From NCBI GenBank assembly GCA_021513695.1, contig CP084166.1, positions 3,017,794-3,081,793 of the forward strand: DNA of 64,000 bases. The letters run 5' to 3'. The notes beneath the pieces are model-generated. The model was not told the origin of the DNA. It saw only the letters and a program-made list of their open reading frames with translations, and did no database searches. Origin of the DNA: Candidatus Heimdallarchaeum aukensis. GTDB taxonomy: Archaea > Asgardarchaeota > Heimdallarchaeia > Heimdallarchaeales > Heimdallarchaeaceae. The position numbers and the translations under genes were made by a program. Of this stretch, positions 59,688-64,000 are shown piece by piece; position 1 is the stretch's first letter, and each line of letters starts with the position of its first letter.

Positions 59688-61827
59688 AATGGTAAAAATC
59701 GAAGGTAGAGTAAAAGGTATGGATTGTGCTTCATGTGTAGCCAAAATAACAAAGAATTTAGAAGCTTTAGAAGGTGTTTCTAAAGTAAACTTAAATCTAG
59801 TTAGTACAAAGTTAGAAATTGAAGCTGATGAGAATCTAGTAACAGAAAAAGATATAATAAAAGTAGTAAAAAATTTAGGTTATTCTTTTAAGAAGGAACT
59901 AGAATTTACTTCTTTTTTTAACCCATTAGAAAATAAGGAATTAGCTTTTACTGCCACTGGTTTAATTTTCTTAGTAGTTGGATTGTTACTTGAATTTTTC
60001 AATGTTCCTCATCCCCATCCTTTCTTTTTAGCTGTATCTATTCTAGTTGGTGGAATTCCAGTATTCGTTAATGGTTATAAATCCTTAAAGGCAAAAACAA
60101 TAGATATAGATCTGTTAATGGTAATTGCTATTATTGGCGCTTCAGTGATTGGAGAGTGGGAAGAAGCAGCAGAAATAGTTATCCTCTTTTCTATTGCAGA
60201 GCTGTTAGAAGGCTATTCAATGGATAAGGCGAGAGGAGCTATTAAAGAATTAATGGATCTCACTCCTCCTACTGCCATAAAATTGATAGAAGGTAAAAAA
60301 CATGAAGTTGTTCCAGTAGATGAATTAGTAGTAGGAGATAGAATTAGCATTAAACCTGGAGCGACAATTCCTATAGATGGAAAAATTGAGTGGGGAAGTT
60401 CACTGGTTGATCAAAGCGCTATTACAGGAGAGTCAAAACCTGTGAAAAAAGAAGTTGGGGATAATGTGTATGGAGGTTCAATAAATCTTCATGGTTATCT
60501 GGTTGTTCGTGTCGTGAGTATGCCCAATGAAAGTACGATAGCAAGAATTATTCATATGATAGAAGAAGCTGAAAACAATAAAGCAAAGGCTGAACAATTC
60601 GTACAAAAGTTTGCTAAATATTATACACCAATCATGGTTAGCATTGCGGTTCTAGTAACTGTCATTCCACTAATCGTCTTTCTGATACAAACAGGTTCAT
60701 TTGTGGGCATGCTTCCAATTCTTAAACTCTGGTTTTATAGAAGTTTGGTTATTCTAGTTGTTTCATGCCCATGTGCTTTGGTTTTATCTACACCAGTTAC
60801 AGTTGTAACAGCTATTACAAGAGCAACAAAGAAAGGAGTATTAATAAAAGGAGGAAGGTATTTAGAGGCTTTATCCTCAATAAACACTATAGCTATTGAT
60901 AAAACTGGTACATTAACATTAGGAAAAATAAAAGTTTACAAAGTAGAATTATATAATGGCTATACAGAAGAAAAGGTTTTAGAAATAGTTTCAGGCCTTG
61001 AATCTCATTCAGAACATCTAATTGCCAAAGCAATTACAGAATATGCAAACGAAAAAAATGTAGAGAGTCTCTCCTTTGATGAAGTAGAAATAATTCCAGG
61101 AAAAGGAATTAAAGGTAAAAAAGATGGAATAACATATTCTATAGGTAATGATGCTTTAGTTAATGAAATTTCAGGTAATTCTGCATATTTAGCTTGTGAT
61201 GAAACAGAAAGTGTTGTTAGTTACGTTCTAGAAGACAAAAAAATAATTGCTCATATTCATATGAGTGATGAATTACGTCCTGAAACAAAAAGTGTTATCC
61301 AAGAAATAAAAGAACTAGGGATAAAGAACATAATTATGTTAACTGGAGACAATGAGAGAGTAGCGAGTTCAATTGCTAAAGAGTTATCTATTGATTATGA
61401 TGCAGAATTGCTTCCAGAAGATAAGGTTAAAGCAGTAAAAGAACTAAGGGAGAAATATGGAAATGTAGCAATGATAGGAGACGGTATAAATGATGCTCCT
61501 GCATTAGCTTTAGCCGATGTGAGTATATCAATGGGTTCTGCAGGAACTGCTGTGGCGATAGAAACTTCTGATATTGTACTCTCTTCAGACAATCTCAAAA
61601 ACTTGCCTTATTTAATAAAATTAAGCAAGAAAACGAAAAAAATAATTCAAATAAATATCACTTTTGCATTAACAATTAAGCTTTTGTTCTTCATCTTGGT
61701 ATTTTTCGGAATAGCAATACTATGGTTGGCAGTTTTATTAGGCGATGTTGGAGCTTCTCTAATTGTTATAGGTTTAGCTATGACAGTTGGACTTGAAAAG
61801 AAGTTAAAAAGAAAAAAGAACAAATAA
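59680..61827 (+). CDS. heavy-metal (Cd/Zn/Pb-type) translocating P1B-type ATPase
   Basis: N-terminal HMA domain with GMDCASC. CPC in TM6 (VSCPCAL). DKTGTLT phosphorylation site. GDGINDAP hinge. Confidence 0.85.
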   Translation: MNKMVKIEGRVKGMDCASCVAKITKNLEALEGVSKVNLNLVSTKLEIEADENLVTEKDIIKVVKNLGYSFKKELEFTSFFNPLENKELAFTATGLIFLVVGLLLEFFNVPHPHPFFLAVSILVGGIPVFVNGYKSLKAKTIDIDLLMVIAIIGASVIGEWEEAAEIVILFSIAELLEGYSMDKARGAIKELMDLTPPTAIKLIEGKKHEVVPVDELVVGDRISIKPGATIPIDGKIEWGSSLVDQSAITGESKPVKKEVGDNVYGGSINLHGYLVVRVVSMPNESTIARIIHMIEEAENNKAKAEQFVQKFAKYYTPIMVSIAVLVTVIPLIVFLIQTGSFVGMLPILKLWFYRSLVILVVSCPCALVLSTPVTVVTAITRATKKGVLIKGGRYLEALSSINTIAIDKTGTLTLGKIKVYKVELYNGYTEEKVLEIVSGLESHSEHLIAKAITEYANEKNVESLSFDEVEIIPGKGIKGKKDGITYSIGNDALVNEISGNSAYLACDETESVVSYVLEDKKIIAHIHMSDELRPETKSVIQEIKELGIKNIIMLTGDNERVASSIAKELSIDYDAELLPEDKVKAVKELREKYGNVAMIGDGINDAPALALADVSISMGSAGTAVAIETSDIVLSSDNLKNLPYLIKLSKKTKKIIQINITFALTIKLLFFILVFFGIAILWLAVLLGDVGASLIVIGLAMTVGLEKKLKRKKNK

Positions 61828-62045
61828 ACTTTTTTTCTTCTTTCTTCTATTATTCATTTTTAAGCTTTAAATAAACAAAAGATCTTCTTTTGAACTATTT
61901 AAAACAAAGTAAACTAACTTCAGAAATTTCTTGAATTAGAAAAATCCTTAATGCAAATAATACAAAGAATTTTTCTATTTAAATACAAATGAACACTTCC
62001 TTAAGAAAGTATAAAAAGAAAAAAGAGATTATTTATATGAAAAAA

Positions 62046-63071
62046 ATGAAACAAAAACAGTTTCATGAAGCAGAATACTATGAGAAATTAGAAGATAATT
62101 TAGTTCGTTGCTGTTTGTGTCCCCGAAATTGTATAATTAAAATGAATGATTTAGGCGATTGTAAGGCTAGACAAAATATTAACGGAAAACTATACGCATT
62201 AGGTTACAATCGTTTTACTTCTGTTCATGCAGATCCTATAGAAAAAAAACCTCTTTATCATTACAAGCCTGGAACAAGAACAATGAGTTTTGGTTCAGCA
62301 GGATGTAATCTTCATTGTGATTTTTGTCAAAATTGGACAATAAGTCAACTAGCTGCTACGAATAATTCATTGCACCATGTTTCTTCTCAAGAAGCTATAA
62401 GCTATACTATCAAGAACCGTTGTGAAACAATAGCTTTTACCTATAATGAACCACTAATAAATTTTGAGTGGATCAAAGAAACTTCTGAACTTGCACATGA
62501 AAAAAATTTGGGAACAATATTGGTTTCAAATGGGTTAATTAATGAAGAACCTCTGAAAGAACTTATTCCATTGATAGACGCAGCAAATATAGACATTAAA
62601 TCTTTTGAAATAGATTTCTATAAAGATATTTGTCATTTTCCAGGACTTGAAAGAATAAAAAAGAATGTAAAGATGATGGTTGAAGGAGGAATGCACGTAG
62701 AATTAACTATGCTTATAATTCCAGGATTTAATGACAATGAAGAATCTATCTCTGAATTCGCTTTATGGGTGAAAAATGAACTAAATGATCGCGTTCCTGT
62801 TCATTTTAGCCGATTCTATCCTCACTTTAGAATGCAACATGTTTCTCCTACCCCTCCAGAAACAATATATAAAGCAAGAGAAATAGCTCTTGAAAAAGGC
62901 TTAAAGTATGTTTTTGTGGGAAATTTACCAGCAGAAGAGTATAATCATACCCTATGTCCAAATTGTAAAGCAATTTTAGTTAGTAGATACTTTTATAGTA
63001 CTTCTATTGATGCCCTAGAAAAAGACGGAACATGTGGGAAATGCAAAGTTAAAACGGATATTGTAATATAA
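62046..63071 (+). CDS. AmmeMemoRadiSam-system-type radical SAM enzyme (second paralogue)
   Basis: HEAEYY ... CCLCPRNC ... GDCKAR followed by CNLHCDFC. Start chosen so that the M-to-HEAEYY spacing equals that of the paralogue. The ORF is open from 61989. Confidence 0.6.
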   Translation: MKQKQFHEAEYYEKLEDNLVRCCLCPRNCIIKMNDLGDCKARQNINGKLYALGYNRFTSVHADPIEKKPLYHYKPGTRTMSFGSAGCNLHCDFCQNWTISQLAATNNSLHHVSSQEAISYTIKNRCETIAFTYNEPLINFEWIKETSELAHEKNLGTILVSNGLINEEPLKELIPLIDAANIDIKSFEIDFYKDICHFPGLERIKKNVKMMVEGGMHVELTMLIIPGFNDNEESISEFALWVKNELNDRVPVHFSRFYPHFRMQHVSPTPPETIYKAREIALEKGLKYVFVGNLPAEEYNHTLCPNCKAILVSRYFYSTSIDALEKDGTCGKCKVKTDIVI

Positions 63072-63171
63072 GAAAAAAAATAGTTCAAAAGCAAATAAAA
63101 AGAAAATTTATGTAGAAAATAATTTAAAAAAGACTTAAAAATGAGTAGTAAAGAGTGTTAAGTGGAAAAAA

Positions 63172-63879
63172 ATGAGTGAAGAAAAGGATAACAAAGAGAA
63201 AAAAGACATTAACATCATTAAACTAGAGAAAGGAGAAACAGTTGATCTAAGTAAAGCTCTAGGTTCAAGCAAAAGGTTAAACATACTAAAGTATACAGCA
63301 GAAGAAGAGCTAAACCTCTCTGAAATCGCAGAAAAAATAAATAGTACACCTCAAGCAGTTTATCATCATCTACAAATTTTAGAAAAATCCAAACTCATTA
63401 GGGTAGTGAGAGAAGAAAAGATAAAAAATATGGATAAAACAATAAAATATTACAGAAGTAATTTCCACCCAGAAGCAATTAATCTTATTTTATGGGCTCC
63501 TCTGGAAAATCTTGATTTCGAACAATTGCAAGAAAGAGTACCACTCACTAAATTGCCAATTGAAAGAATAGCAAGAAAAATATCAAATGTCATGTTTCAA
63601 GATAAAACAGAATATAAAACAGACATACTAACAAAATTATTAGAAGGACTAATAGATGAAACACATCACAGTATGCAAGCACTAAAAGAAGAGTATGGAC
63701 TAGAACTAGATGAAAAACTATGGAACCTGATGCTCTTATTCTCACAATTATCAACCTTGAATGCTTTTAAGAAAACAATGGAAAACGAGAAATTAAAGAA
63801 AAACTTCGATGATTTAGTGGCACTACTAGCAGAGGAAATGTTCGAAGATGTATTGATAGAGAAAAAAGAAATAGAATAA
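63172..63879 (+). CDS. ArsR-like winged-helix transcriptional regulator with a C-terminal helical domain
   Basis: LSEIAEKINSTPQAVYHHLQILEKSKLIRVV HTH near the N-terminus. Length 235 aa. Confidence 0.5.
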   Translation: MSEEKDNKEKKDINIIKLEKGETVDLSKALGSSKRLNILKYTAEEELNLSEIAEKINSTPQAVYHHLQILEKSKLIRVVREEKIKNMDKTIKYYRSNFHPEAINLILWAPLENLDFEQLQERVPLTKLPIERIARKISNVMFQDKTEYKTDILTKLLEGLIDETHHSMQALKEEYGLELDEKLWNLMLLFSQLSTLNAFKKTMENEKLKKNFDDLVALLAEEMFEDVLIEKKEIE

Positions 63880-63926
63880 GAAAAAAATAATAACTAATCT
63901 CAAACTTTCATTTTCTCCAAAAATAG

Positions 63927-64000
63927 TGGTGCACGAGCCGGGAATTGAACCCGGATTTGTGGAATGGGAGTCCACGGTCCTACCATTAGACTACTCGTGC
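63927..64000 (-). tRNA. tRNA-Gly (anticodon CCC) with genomically encoded 3' CCA
   Basis: The reverse complement reads GCACGAG-TA-GTCT-AATGGTA-GGAC-C-GTGGA-CTCCCAT-TCCAC-AAATC-CGGGT-TCAATTC-CCGGC-TCGTGC-A-CCA. It has 7-bp acceptor, D, anticodon and T arms. The T-loop TTCAATTC is U-U-C-R-A-like. Confidence 0.8.

Noticed and set aside
1-64000. Looked for CRISPR arrays, rRNA genes and additional tRNAs
   Set aside because: No regularly spaced direct repeats were found. No extended GC-rich rRNA-like regions exist in this window. The only tRNA-like cloverleaf found by eye is the tRNA-Gly at the 3' edge.

Overview
AT-rich (about 30% GC) archaeal chromosomal segment. Archaeal markers are present: an aIF1/SUI1 fragment, a membrane LonB protease carrying an intein, a Get3/ArsA-type ATPase, an archaeal-type C/D box sRNA candidate, and a tRNA-Gly with encoded CCA. 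A Ras-superfamily small GTPase and a RING-like zinc-finger protein are eukaryote-like signature proteins. Together with the low GC content these suggest an Asgard (Lokiarchaeia-like) genome; this assignment is inference from gene content only. Housekeeping content: a pyrimidine biosynthesis cluster (pyrD-pyrK-pyrC-pyrF with pyrE opposite), glycerol kinase, etfBA-fixCX (FixABCX-type flavoprotein), M42, M48 and TldD/PmbA peptidases, a tRNA-dihydrouridine synthase, a MacB-like ABC exporter with a TetR regulator, and an ArsR plus Cd/Zn P-type ATPase cassette flanked by radical SAM paralogues. Most notable features: (1) a near-perfect tandem duplication of about 4.86 kb (about 23241..32951) carrying MetAP2-like, TPR-like, hypothetical, fixX and fixC genes, with one 1-bp indel that frameshifts the TPR gene in copy 1; (2) four DegV-family (fatty-acid binding) paralogues, three of them in tandem; (3) a LonB gene interrupted by a LAGLIDADG intein that itself carries an apparent -1 frameshift; (4) an IS200/IS605-type TnpB element with a candidate omega-RNA region; (5) three radical SAM genes, including two AmmeMemoRadiSam-type paralogues without their usual partner genes. 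No CRISPR array and no rRNA were seen. A few of the printed lines read 1 nt off the ORF table when counted by hand, so non-ORF feature coordinates are approximate to about 1-5 nt.
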